NCBI GenBank assembly: GCA_038245295.1
Contig: JBBRSP010000001.1
Location: forward strand, 256,001 to 320,000
Direction: 5' to 3'
Length of the DNA stretch: 64,000 bases
Origin: Candidatus Binatia bacterium
Lineage (GTDB): Bacteria; Desulfobacterota; Binatia; HRBIN30
The translations under genes and the position numbers were made by a program. The notes beneath the pieces are model-generated. The model worked only from the letters and a program-made list of their open reading frames with translations. It had not been told where the DNA came from and did no database searches. Positions 29,841-43,184 of the stretch are shown one piece after another (position 1 is the first letter of the stretch; every line of letters begins with the position of its first letter).

Positions 29841-31409
29841 TTACGGGCCGGGAATGATGCGGAAGACCTCTCCGTCGTTGAGGTCGGTGATGTACAACTC
29901 GCCGCGCGCATCCTCACCGAACGAGGAGATATGACCGATGCCCAAACCGCCGCCGGGAACTAGATCGGCGGTGCGGTCCTGCGGATTCGTCACGGCTCCC
30001 CCGGAAATCTGGAATGTGCGCACAAAGGCGCTGCAGAAGTCGGCGTAGAAGTAGGTGCCGCGCAGATCGGGCATCTTGCAGCCGCGGTAGAGGTAACCGC
30101 CGGTCACCGAACAGCCTTGCGAATGATCGTACTCGAGCGCCGGCAGGGTCAGGCCGGTCTGGTCACAGCCCGACCCCGAAGGGTAGCAGTGGCCGTTGCC
30201 TTCGACCGTGTTCCATCCATAGTTGACACCGCCGGGCGTCAGGGCCGGGGTGTAGTCGATCTCCTCGAAACGATCTTGCCCGACGTCGCCGATGTACAGA
30301 TCGCCGCTGACGCGATCGAAGCTGAAACGCCAGGGATTGCGCAGGCCATAGGCCCAGATCTCATCGAAGCCAGGTGTCGCGCCGAAAAACGGATTGCTCG
30401 ACGGGCTCGCATACGGCGGCGTGCCATTGACGTCGATGCGGAGGAGCTTGCCGAGCATCGTATTGATGCTTTGCCCATTGCCCATCGGGTCGCCACCACT
30501 GCCGACGTCGCCGGCGGCGATGTAGAGGTAGCCATCGGGACCAAAGGCCAGGTGGCCGCCGTTGTGATTGGCGAAGGGCTGCGTAAACGTGAGTACGAGG
30601 GTCTCGCTGGTTGTGGCGACGTCGGGATCAGCGGAGACGTGGTATTCGGCAACCACGGTGTTGCCGCTGCCGTCGGTGTAGTTCACAAAGAAGCGGCCGT
30701 TGTCGACGTAGTCCGGATGGAACGCCAATCCGAGCAAGCCGCGCTCGCCACCAAACGAAATCCGCGAGCCAAGATCGATGAATGGTATTGGCAGCAGCGT
30801 GCCCCACTTGATGATCTTGATCTTGCCGGTCTGCTCGACGACGAAGATACGGCTGACGTCGCGTGGCGGTGCCGTTACCAGGAGCGGATAACTCAGGCCG
30901 CTGGCGACGCGTTCGGATTTGAGACCCGTTCCGGCAACCGGTGTGACCCCGGCGCAAATGTCGTTGCAGGCGCCGCCTTCGAGTTGGCAGGTGATCGAGC
31001 ATCCGTCGTTGTTCATCACATTGCCGTCGTCGCATTGTTCGCCGACGTCAAGAACTCCGTCACCACACGCCGAAGAGTTGCACACGTGTGTAAATCCGGC
31101 ACCACTGAGGGCGCTGTAAGTCAGTCCTGAGGCGTTGATTGCCTGGCGCGCCGTACAATCGAGACGATCCGTGGTGCCGGCCGGGCAAACTTCATTGACC
31201 TTGGTGGCGCGCGTATTGGCGGCGCGATTGTTGCCGACGCACGAACGGCCCTGCGGCACCTGGCGGATCAGGCAGGTGCGTGCGCCGAGTAGAACGGCAC
31301 TCAGGTAACGAGCCGACTGACTTTGGCAACTCTCGGCGGCCCATGCCGTTGGTGCGAGGGCCATGAGGACAGCTGCGATGGCGAACGGGTTGACGAACCG
31401 GCGAAACAT
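29841..31409 (-). CDS. secreted glucose/sorbosone (PQQ-dependent sugar) dehydrogenase family protein with Myxococcus-type Cys-rich repeat
   Basis: GGAGG SD and signal peptide; CGDG..GEQCDDGN..DGCS; ERGLLGLAFHP, NHNGG, GLRNPWRFSFD. Confidence 0.88.
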   Translation of the reverse strand: MFRRFVNPFAIAAVLMALAPTAWAAESCQSQSARYLSAVLLGARTCLIRQVPQGRSCVGNNRAANTRATKVNEVCPAGTTDRLDCTARQAINASGLTYSALSGAGFTHVCNSSACGDGVLDVGEQCDDGNVMNNDGCSITCQLEGGACNDICAGVTPVAGTGLKSERVASGLSYPLLVTAPPRDVSRIFVVEQTGKIKIIKWGTLLPIPFIDLGSRISFGGERGLLGLAFHPDYVDNGRFFVNYTDGSGNTVVAEYHVSADPDVATTSETLVLTFTQPFANHNGGHLAFGPDGYLYIAAGDVGSGGDPMGNGQSINTMLGKLLRIDVNGTPPYASPSSNPFFGATPGFDEIWAYGLRNPWRFSFDRVSGDLYIGDVGQDRFEEIDYTPALTPGGVNYGWNTVEGNGHCYPSGSGCDQTGLTLPALEYDHSQGCSVTGGYLYRGCKMPDLRGTYFYADFCSAFVRTFQISGGAVTNPQDRTADLVPGGGLGIGHISSFGEDARGELYITDLNDGEVFRIIPGP

Positions 31410-31481
31410 GAAACCTCCATCTGACGACAACGAAGGTACCATGTCGCCTGGCGCGAGGAAGGCTTTTTCCGCGCCGCGCGT

Positions 31482-33107
31482 CTACCGGTGGCGCGTCAGT
31501 AACTCGAGCTTGTTCTTGGCCGCCTTGCCGATCTTGGTGCGCCCGGACTTGGCGACGATGTGTTCGAGCATGTCCTCAGCAAGGCTGCGCTCTTCGATTG
31601 TGCCCTCGGCGAAGTTGAAGGCGGCGTAGAAGAGCTCTTCGGGTTCCAAGACACGCTCTTTGCGCAAGCGCTCGGCAACCGGGAACGCGGAGCGACCAAG
31701 CTCGCGGAGCAGATCTAGGGCGGCATCGTGGCGGCGAACAACGTGAGTCAGGCTATGACGCCGTGACTTGAGATCGGCGATGGCCAGCGCGAAGCGTGCT
31801 TCATCATCGAAGAAAGCGCCCTCGCGCAGCAGGCCCAGCCATTTGGTGACGAGTGCGAACTGCTTCTTCTTGCGCAATAGCTCGGCTCGCTCACGGATCC
31901 GTTCGGCGAGAGCTTTGGCATCGATGGCGTTGAGAAAATGGAAATAAGCCGTGTGCAGGCGATCTTCACGCTTCTCTACGGCGCTCTGCATCTTCTCCCA
32001 GACGGCGTTGAGCGCGTCGCGCTTCCAGTCGCGTTCGTGGGCGAGGAGCACTTCCGCAATGGCCCAGGCCCTGCGTTCGTCGTCGCACGCCAAGAGCTCC
32101 TTCATCAGGGGTTGGCGCGCCGCCGGCAGCTTCTTGAGTGAGGCCGTGGCCTGATCGCGTCGGGCGAAACTGTCGTCGGTGAGATAACCGATGAGGGTTT
32201 TGACGACTGCTCCGGAGTCAAAAACGCCGAGTTTTTGGACGGCAAAGCGTTTGACAGACGGCTGTGTGCTGTCGGCGAGGCGATTCAGGAGCGGCATGTA
32301 GTCGCGGTCGAGTCTTTGCTCGTCGAGCAGCGCGATGGCCGGCCGCAAGACTCCGTTCTCGTCGTCCGAGTCGAGCTGCGCGAGTAGGCTGTCGACCTCG
32401 GCGGCACTGAGTTGTTCGCCGCGCATGCACTGCCGCAGGGCGCCGAGCGCGTGGGTCAGTACGGCGTGTGATTGCCCCTTGCCGAGCAGTGCGGCAAGAC
32501 GCTTGCGGGCCTTCGGATCGCCGAGGGCGCCGAAAAGCTTTGCCGCGGCAATGGAAGCGGATCGTTGCTCCTTGGCTTTGGCGGCCAGGTCCTCGGCTCG
32601 GGCAAACAAATCGGCGCGTGCCTTGGCCTCGAGCTGTGGCACGCCGGCGATGAGCGCATCGCAAGCGAGCCTGTTCAGGTCGAAGTCATCGCCCGCCATG
32701 AGCTCGAACAAGATATCGAGTGCGGCGTTCGACCGGACCTGAGCCGATAGATCGAGGATCGCGTGGATACGTCGTCGCGGCGCATCCTTGAGCAGCTTGC
32801 GCGCGGCAAGGACAGCGCTAGCGCCGGCCGCGGCGAGCATCGCGGTGGCGCGTTTGCGTAGTCCTTCCTCGTCGCTGTCCAGCATGGGCAGGGCATATTC
32901 AACCGTTGCTTTTGGATTTACTGATTCAAAGTAGCCGACGGCGAAGTCGGCTACGATAGCATTCTTGGCGCCGATCAGTTGGCCGATGGCACGCACAACT
33001 TTGTCATCGTTCGCTTTAATGCGCGTCAGCACGACGAGTGCGGCGCAGCGGCCTTCGACGTCGGTAGCTTCTAACAAACCGACGACAGCCTTGAGTGTGT
33101 TATCCAC
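31482..33107 (-). CDS. HEAT-repeat/alpha-solenoid protein
   Basis: repeated amphipathic helical units (e.g. VKRFAVQKLG, ARRDQATASLKKL); no signal peptide. Confidence 0.75.
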   Translation of the reverse strand: MDNTLKAVVGLLEATDVEGRCAALVVLTRIKANDDKVVRAIGQLIGAKNAIVADFAVGYFESVNPKATVEYALPMLDSDEEGLRKRATAMLAAAGASAVLAARKLLKDAPRRRIHAILDLSAQVRSNAALDILFELMAGDDFDLNRLACDALIAGVPQLEAKARADLFARAEDLAAKAKEQRSASIAAAKLFGALGDPKARKRLAALLGKGQSHAVLTHALGALRQCMRGEQLSAAEVDSLLAQLDSDDENGVLRPAIALLDEQRLDRDYMPLLNRLADSTQPSVKRFAVQKLGVFDSGAVVKTLIGYLTDDSFARRDQATASLKKLPAARQPLMKELLACDDERRAWAIAEVLLAHERDWKRDALNAVWEKMQSAVEKREDRLHTAYFHFLNAIDAKALAERIRERAELLRKKKQFALVTKWLGLLREGAFFDDEARFALAIADLKSRRHSLTHVVRRHDAALDLLRELGRSAFPVAERLRKERVLEPEELFYAAFNFAEGTIEERSLAEDMLEHIVAKSGRTKIGKAAKNKLELLTRHR

Positions 33108-33382
33108 TCCTTCCCCGTACCAGACCCGGCATCAGGGGAAAAGCGCAACCAGGCGACGTGATCCTCTGTTTTTGTGCTGCGGCGACCGCGCCGTTGACGG
33201 TCGCTTTCTTGGGACTCTATACGCTACGCCGTGCTCCATACGATTTCGCCCAGAGCGATTCTCATCTCGCCGGCGCAATCGGATCGGCCGGGTACCGACG
33301 CGGTGGCGCAAAGATCTGCGGAGTCGGAAACTTCTATCACGATTGGTCGAGCATCACACGCGTGCCGTGGTGGAGAATATTC

Positions 33383-35152
33383 ATGGGGGCCATGCCGGTC
33401 GAGTATCGGTTAGCGCTTAAGGGACGGCGCGCACGGTTTCTCGTGCTCACCGCCCTGTTGGCAGCGCTGCCGTATTTGAACAGTCTCTCGGCTGGGTTTA
33501 CGTTCGATGACGCGGCCGTTGTCCGCGACAACCCCGCCGTGATGCATCCGGATGCACCACTGCGCCCGCTTGTCCTCGGCGTCATCGATCGTCTGGTCTG
33601 GTATCGGCCGCTGACCATGCTCTCATACCGAGCCAACGCGGCGGCTACTCGGACGCCATTCGGTTTCCACCTGGTCAACGTCCTCTTGCATGTGGTGATC
33701 TCGATGCTCGTGTTCGAGCTCGCCGCCCTTTGGGTCGGTCATGGTTTTGCAGCCTTCGCCACGGCTGCGTTGTTCGCCGTTCATCCGATTCATACCGAAG
33801 CGGTTAGTAGTATCGTGGGCCGAGCCGAACTGATGGCTGCCTTGTTCGTCTTCGGTTCTCTCCTGGCGATTGGTCGGGTCCGCGAGTGCGGCTCCGTTGG
33901 ATGGATCGTTGCGTCAGTCGGATGCTTTCTCCTCGGGCTTCTCTCCAAGGAGAGCGCGGTAGTGGGACTCCCCTTGGCCGTCGTGGTCTGTCGGCGTTCG
34001 GCGCAACAGCTGTCCTGGCCAAGAGTGGGCGTCCTCATCGCCCTGCTGCTGGTTGCCGCAATGCCGTACCTCTATCTGCGCGGGATTGTCGTCGGTGCAC
34101 TGACCCTCCCGGCGATGCCCGACTTCCTTTCGAACCCAGTTGCCTATAGCCCCTGGCCAGTCAGGCTTGCGATGTTTCTAGTCATCGCCTCCAAGTACAG
34201 CCTGCTGATGTTCGCCCCGATCAGACTCTATGCCGACTATTCCTTCAATCACCTGCCGGTCGTTTCCGACCCGACAGACCCCCGTCTCGTGGGGGCCGTG
34301 ATCGGCCTGGCGTTCGTCGCCGTCGTCCTGTTCTTGGTTCGTCGCAGAGAGCCTCTCCTCCTTGTCGCATCGATCTTTTTCTTCCTGCCTCTCGGGTTGA
34401 CGTCCAACATAGGCTTCGCAATCGGCACTATCATGGCCGAACGATTGCTTTATTTGCCGTCGTTCGGATTCTGTTTTGGCCTCGGCGTTGTGCTGGCTCG
34501 CTGGGCAAAGAGTCGGGGTCCGTTAGTGGTGACGGTGCTGATCCTGTGCGTGGCGGTGCTGTCGCTTCGCACCGTTCTCCGAAACGAAGATTGGCAGGAC
34601 GACTGCTCGTTGTTTTTGTCGGCCATCCGCAGCGGCACGGGCAGCGCAAAGTCATATCTCAACCTCGCAGTCTGCTATCAGGATCACGGAGAACTCGATA
34701 CTGCACTTACCTACTTCGGGCGTGCGTTGGATATCTATGCGGATTTCCCTGACGCTGCATTTGGCATTGGATTTGTGCACGAACTAAAAGGGGATGAGGA
34801 TCTGGCCTTGGAATGGTATCGTCGCACGCTTGGCATGGCGGGCGGTTATGCCAAGGCGCATCTCAACACTGGATCGATTCTCTATCAACGAGGTGATGCC
34901 GTGGCTGCCGAGCGTGAATTCCGTTCCGGCTTGGAGGCTGAGCCGGAGAATCCTCGGCTGTTGCTCGGACTAGCGCTTGCCCGGCTTGTGCAAAACGATC
35001 GCGACTCGGCAACTGTATTGCTTCAGCGCGCAACCGCGCTGGCTGGAGACAACCCTCGGCTTGCCGGTATGGTACGCGACGCTGCAGGCATGTTGAAGAA
35101 CGGTGCGCCGAATGCCGTTGGCGTACCGGACTCGCAAGCCATGACTCCTTGA
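33383..35152 (+). CDS. TMTC-like multi-TM (GT-C type) glycosyltransferase with C-terminal TPRs
   Basis: FTFDD, YRPLT, FHLVNVLLH, LFAVHPIHTEAV..IVGRAE, SKE, AERLLYLPS, RNEDW; TPRs; start uncertain. Confidence 0.85.
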   Translation: MGAMPVEYRLALKGRRARFLVLTALLAALPYLNSLSAGFTFDDAAVVRDNPAVMHPDAPLRPLVLGVIDRLVWYRPLTMLSYRANAAATRTPFGFHLVNVLLHVVISMLVFELAALWVGHGFAAFATAALFAVHPIHTEAVSSIVGRAELMAALFVFGSLLAIGRVRECGSVGWIVASVGCFLLGLLSKESAVVGLPLAVVVCRRSAQQLSWPRVGVLIALLLVAAMPYLYLRGIVVGALTLPAMPDFLSNPVAYSPWPVRLAMFLVIASKYSLLMFAPIRLYADYSFNHLPVVSDPTDPRLVGAVIGLAFVAVVLFLVRRREPLLLVASIFFFLPLGLTSNIGFAIGTIMAERLLYLPSFGFCFGLGVVLARWAKSRGPLVVTVLILCVAVLSLRTVLRNEDWQDDCSLFLSAIRSGTGSAKSYLNLAVCYQDHGELDTALTYFGRALDIYADFPDAAFGIGFVHELKGDEDLALEWYRRTLGMAGGYAKAHLNTGSILYQRGDAVAAEREFRSGLEAEPENPRLLLGLALARLVQNDRDSATVLLQRATALAGDNPRLAGMVRDAAGMLKNGAPNAVGVPDSQAMTP

Positions 35153-35209
35153 TCCTTCGTCGCGATAGGAACTCTTGCGACCGACGAACGCCCAACGTAC
35201 GGTGCCAGG

Positions 35210-35674
35210 ATGAACCAACTCCTCGAACTCGTTTTCGGCCCGTTGCTCACCGTCCACCAATGGCTCTACGAGCAAAGCGACGGACGCATTGGTGCGAGTC
35301 TCGGAGGCCGGCCGATGCTTCTTCTGCGCACGGTCGGACGCCGCACCAAGCAGCCCCGTACCGCCGCCCTGCTCTATGTGCCGGATAGCGGCGCGTATGT
35401 TGTGATCGCCTCTAAGGGCGGCGCTCCGCAGCATCCCGGGTGGTTCCACAACCTGCGAGCCACACCCGACGTGGAAATCCAGGTGGGGCGGGAGCGCCTC
35501 CCCGTGCGTGCCCGTATCGCCGAAGGCAAAGAGCGCGCCCGACTCTGGGCCAAAGCCGATGCGATCAATCAGGGCCAGTATGCCGTGTACCAATCGCGCA
35601 CCGACCGCGAGATTCCGGTTGTCGTGCTCGATCGAAGGTCTTCGAAGAGATCTAAGCGCACCGCGGATGCGTGA
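35210..35674 (+). CDS. deazaflavin (F420)-dependent nitroreductase family protein (Ddn-like)
   Basis: LLLRTVGRRT, IASKGG..HPGWFHNL, YQSRTDREIPVVVL. Confidence 0.9.
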   Translation: MNQLLELVFGPLLTVHQWLYEQSDGRIGASLGGRPMLLLRTVGRRTKQPRTAALLYVPDSGAYVVIASKGGAPQHPGWFHNLRATPDVEIQVGRERLPVRARIAEGKERARLWAKADAINQGQYAVYQSRTDREIPVVVLDRRSSKRSKRTADA

Positions 35675-35759
35675 GGGGCGTTGCAAATCGCTGCGATAGG
35701 GAAGGTCCCGCCGCAGCGCTGACGGCCTTTGGATTTCTTGCTGGGCTGCGGAGGCCGGG

Positions 35760-36983
35760 TCAGGTGCGATAGTCGGAGTTGAATTTGACGTACTCGACGG
35801 TGAGGTCCGACGCCATTCGATAGGCCACGGCGTGGCCGGCGTGCAGGTTAAGCGTCAGCTTGAACTCGGGGCGCGCGGTGATCGCCGACGCCTTCTTTTC
35901 AACCTTGCCGACGATCTCTTCGCCACGCCGCACAACCTGCACGTCTTCGAAATAGACGTCGAGTTTCTGCGGATCGAAGACGGCGCCGCTGTAGCCGGCG
36001 GCACAGACCAGGCGTCCGGTGTAAGGATCGCCGCCGTAGAAGGCGGACTTGCACAGCGGCGAGCGGGCTATGGCATCGGCGACACGTTGGGCGTCACGCA
36101 CATTGCGTGCACCGGTGACGTGAATGTCGACGACTTTGGTGGCGCCCTCGCCATCCTTGACGATCATCCGTGCCAGCTTGGTCATCAGGCGCGCCACGGC
36201 GCCGCAGAAGGCGTTGAAGTCACGCGATCGGGCCGTCAGGGTGCGATTGGCGGCGACGCCATTGGCCAACAGCACGGCCGTGTCGTTGGTGCTGGTGTCG
36301 CCATCAACGACGATGGCATTGAACGACTGCGGCAACGCGATGCGCAGTGCGGTACGCAGTGCCGCCGGTGCCACGGCGGCATTGGTCATGATGTAGGTCA
36401 GGTTGGTCGCATGCGGTACCAGACGCATCTGCGGCGCGATCATGCCGGCGCCTTTGGTCATGCCGGCGATGATGATCTCCTGCCCGTCGATCAACAGGCC
36501 CTCGGTGCCGAATTTCGGGAAGGCATCGGTGGTCATGATGCCTTCCAACGCTTCGTGGAAGCCTCGGGCGTTGGCGCTTCGGCAGACGTCGCGAACGCCG
36601 GTCTCGATCGCCTTGCGCGGCAACTGCACGCCAATACGTCCGGTCGACGATGGGATCACCAGCTTTTCGGGGATGCCGAGTTCACGAGCGGCGATGCGAC
36701 ACATGTCGCGCGCCATCGATAGACCTTGCCGGCCGGTATAGGCGTTGGCATTGCCGCTGTTGATGATGATCGCTTGCAGCTTGCCGGCGCCAGATCGTTG
36801 CAGACCCACCACGACGGGTGCTGCCTTGACGCGGTTATTGGTGAACGCCGCCGCTGCCGTCGCCGGAGTGTCGGAGACGATGACTGCGACGTCGCGTTTG
36901 CCGCTCTGCTTCAGGCCGCAGCGCACGCCGCCAAAGCGGAAGCCGGGAACCTCGATGGGCGCCTGCTTGGTTTCAACCTTCAT
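35760..36983 (-). CDS. argJ: glutamate N-acetyltransferase / ornithine acetyltransferase
   Basis: NSGNANAYTG, IMTTD, KGAGMIAP, DGDTSTND, DGEGATK. Confidence 0.95.
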   Translation of the reverse strand: MKVETKQAPIEVPGFRFGGVRCGLKQSGKRDVAVIVSDTPATAAAAFTNNRVKAAPVVVGLQRSGAGKLQAIIINSGNANAYTGRQGLSMARDMCRIAARELGIPEKLVIPSSTGRIGVQLPRKAIETGVRDVCRSANARGFHEALEGIMTTDAFPKFGTEGLLIDGQEIIIAGMTKGAGMIAPQMRLVPHATNLTYIMTNAAVAPAALRTALRIALPQSFNAIVVDGDTSTNDTAVLLANGVAANRTLTARSRDFNAFCGAVARLMTKLARMIVKDGEGATKVVDIHVTGARNVRDAQRVADAIARSPLCKSAFYGGDPYTGRLVCAAGYSGAVFDPQKLDVYFEDVQVVRRGEEIVGKVEKKASAITARPEFKLTLNLHAGHAVAYRMASDLTVEYVKFNSDYRT

Positions 36984-36992
36984 CGCCGAATC

Positions 36993-40610
<3,618 letters not shown>

Positions 40611-40695
40611 AGGAGAATCCAGAGTCCGTTATTTGGGGGTCTCGACGAGCCTAGCAGCTTGAAATGTATGATTCATCTTCGCAGCGACTCGTAGC

Positions 40696-41568
40696 TCAGC
40701 GCTCGAGACGAACGGCTGACTCGACACTCCGGCCGATGAAATGCGCGCCGACGCGAATGAAGCGATCGGGCACGTCGGTGACAAAGAAACTGACCGAGCC
40801 GGGGCCGGTGCGGCGGAGCAATCCCTGCTGCTGGAGCGTGTGGCGGACGACCGCGGCCGTGGTGCGGGCCGAGTCGACGATTGCGACATCGGGCCCCATT
40901 ACCTCAGCGATGACCGTTTCGAGCAGGGGATAGTGGGTGCAGCCAAGGACGAGGGTGTCGATGCCGCTGCGTTTGAGGCTAGTGAGATACAGCGTCGCCG
41001 TGCGTTGGGCGACGTCGTTGTTGATCCAGCCCTCTTCGGCCAGCGGCACGAAGAGCGGGCACGCGCGCGTGTAGATCTCCAGATCGGGGTCGATGTCGCG
41101 CAAGGCTTGCGTGTATGCGCCGCTGCTGATGGTGGCTTCGGTGCCGATGACACCGATCTTGCGGTTGCGCGTTTCGTCGACCGCCGCTTGAGCTCCCGGT
41201 TCGATGACGCCGATGATCGGTACGGAGAATTGCTCCTGGAGAGCTTCCAGGGCGACGGCGGACGACGTGTTGCAGGCGACGACGAGAACCTTGATGTCCT
41301 TATCGACGAGGAACTGGGCGTTCTCGATCGAGAAGCGACGAACGGTATCGGCTGACTTTGTGCCGTATGGTGTGCGCGCCGTGTCACCGAGGTAGATGAT
41401 GTTCTCGCGCGGCAGTTCTTGAAGAAGTTCGTGGACGACGGTCAGGCCGCCGATACCCGAGTCGAACACGCCGATCGCTCCGGTGCTGGCGGCGAGGGCG
41501 CGTTTCGGCGCGACGCGACTCGGTTTGCCATTGATCTTACCGCGCGCAGCTTTCGGGCGCCCGGTCAT
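40696..41568 (-). CDS. murI: glutamate racemase
   Basis: IGVFDSGIGGLTV, VACNTSS, LGCTHYP. Confidence 0.95.
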   Translation of the reverse strand: MTGRPKAARGKINGKPSRVAPKRALAASTGAIGVFDSGIGGLTVVHELLQELPRENIIYLGDTARTPYGTKSADTVRRFSIENAQFLVDKDIKVLVVACNTSSAVALEALQEQFSVPIIGVIEPGAQAAVDETRNRKIGVIGTEATISSGAYTQALRDIDPDLEIYTRACPLFVPLAEEGWINNDVAQRTATLYLTSLKRSGIDTLVLGCTHYPLLETVIAEVMGPDVAIVDSARTTAAVVRHTLQQQGLLRRTGPGSVSFFVTDVPDRFIRVGAHFIGRSVESAVRLER

Positions 41569-42644
41569 GCCAGAGCTCCAACCAGGTGATCCGCCAGTTG
41601 GCGATCACTCGGGATGTTGCCGAATACTTTCTCCCACACGCCCGCCGGTTCCATACAAACGTAGAGTGGTAGGCACGAATCCACCGAACGCAACTCATCG
41701 AGCAATCTTCGATACATTTTGATCCGTACTCCGCGCCAGACGCGATCCTTGCCGTCGGGCGACGGGACGAGCTCGCCATCGAGAATCGTCGTCGCCGTCG
41801 GACGTGACCGGATGGCGGCTTTGAGCCCTGAACCGAGGCGCAGGCTGCCGAGGCTGATCCAGGCCACTGCCTTCGGATCAATGGCGCGAAAGATATCGCG
41901 GATGGCTTCCCGATAGGCGGATTCCCACCCCGGTTGGTCGATCAACGGATCGAAGTGGATGCCGACCTTGTACCCGGCGGCCTGGACGCGCCGTGCCGCC
42001 GCCAGCCGCGCATCAAACGACGCGGTGCCGGCCTCGTCGTTGGCGGTTACCGCCCGCGTGTTCATCGACCAGGAGACGACGACTCGACCTTTCGGATCGA
42101 GGTGCAAAAGCGACTCGATGCAGTCGCGTTTGGTCTTGAGCTCGAGCATCGCGTTGGCGTGTGCGGCAAAGAACGGTACGAGCAGCTCGCTGAGCCCGCT
42201 GATCGGATCGAGCGCCAGGCTGTCGGCCAGCTCACCGGTGCCGATGCGGAAGGTGCGCTCCGGGTGGGCTCGCAACACGGCCGCCGCTTCCGCCAGCCCA
42301 TCCTCCGGGTTGCTGAAGATCTTGATCGCCGAGTTGTTGCGCAAATAATCCTGCAAAAAGCAGTATGTGCAGTCGAACGGGCAGTTCGAGGCGAAGTTCA
42401 TGACGAGGTAGTTGCAGCACACGAGACCGCTGGTGCCGGCCGGGCAGGCTTGCAGAAATGTCCCGCGATGACGTTGAACGACGAGGCGCCGCTTGCCGGC
42501 GGCGAACTCATACGGGTTGGCCGAGCTCGGGTCGTCGACGACGTGGGTTGGGAGGTCTGGCAACCGCTCACGGACCCGTCGCGCCACGGCCGAGTCGGCC
42601 TCGCTGCGCTCAATCCAGACTTCGTCTGGCGTCCAGGCGGTCAT
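41565..42644 (-). CDS. spore photoproduct lyase-like radical SAM protein
   Basis: CPFDCTYC (CxxxCxxC), GELADSL, ELKTK, VSWSMN, HFDP, YVCME. Confidence 0.85.
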   Translation of the reverse strand: MTAWTPDEVWIERSEADSAVARRVRERLPDLPTHVVDDPSSANPYEFAAGKRRLVVQRHRGTFLQACPAGTSGLVCCNYLVMNFASNCPFDCTYCFLQDYLRNNSAIKIFSNPEDGLAEAAAVLRAHPERTFRIGTGELADSLALDPISGLSELLVPFFAAHANAMLELKTKRDCIESLLHLDPKGRVVVSWSMNTRAVTANDEAGTASFDARLAAARRVQAAGYKVGIHFDPLIDQPGWESAYREAIRDIFRAIDPKAVAWISLGSLRLGSGLKAAIRSRPTATTILDGELVPSPDGKDRVWRGVRIKMYRRLLDELRSVDSCLPLYVCMEPAGVWEKVFGNIPSDRQLADHLVGALA

Positions 42645-43177
42645 GGAGCTTCATCGAGCAGATGAAACAGTTCGGCGCAAGTCGGCGAGTCGGCCGCCGC
42701 CAGCAGCGCCGCCGCTGCAAGACGCAATGTTTTCGGGTCGCGCACGCCCATATGGATGGTCAATTCGTCGCCTTCGAGGAACTCGGGCAGCTCGACGCGC
42801 ACGCCTGCCGGTAAGTTGAGCTGACGTACGAGAACTCGCATTCGATCCTCGTTCGCACTCAATTGAGGAAAACGCCGGCGCCGCAACGCCGCTTTCACCA
42901 GCTTGAGTTGGTCGTGCCGTCCAACCGGCTGACGCAAGGCGCTGCAAATCTCCGCGCTACCGAGCACTTCGGCGAGTGAGTGCTGATCGCGTGCGGCGAT
43001 CTCCCCGGCCCACGCCCAGAGGTCGCGCAATTGGTTATCGCTCAAACGCAGCGACTGGGCGAGCTGCAACAACGCCGCGCCATCGAATGGGGACAACACC
43101 AGCCATCGTTCGAGTGTCGCTGGCCGATAGTGACGCTGTTCCGCAAAACGCCTGATTTCGTCGATGGTGGAGCTCAT
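42641..43177 (-). CDS. hypothetical helical protein coupled to the SPL-like gene
   Basis: 178 aa; ATGA overlap with the radical SAM gene; RRRRFP and PEFLEGD patches. Confidence 0.7.
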   Translation of the reverse strand: MSSTIDEIRRFAEQRHYRPATLERWLVLSPFDGAALLQLAQSLRLSDNQLRDLWAWAGEIAARDQHSLAEVLGSAEICSALRQPVGRHDQLKLVKAALRRRRFPQLSANEDRMRVLVRQLNLPAGVRVELPEFLEGDELTIHMGVRDPKTLRLAAAALLAAADSPTCAELFHLLDEAP

Positions 43178-43184
43178 CCAAATT

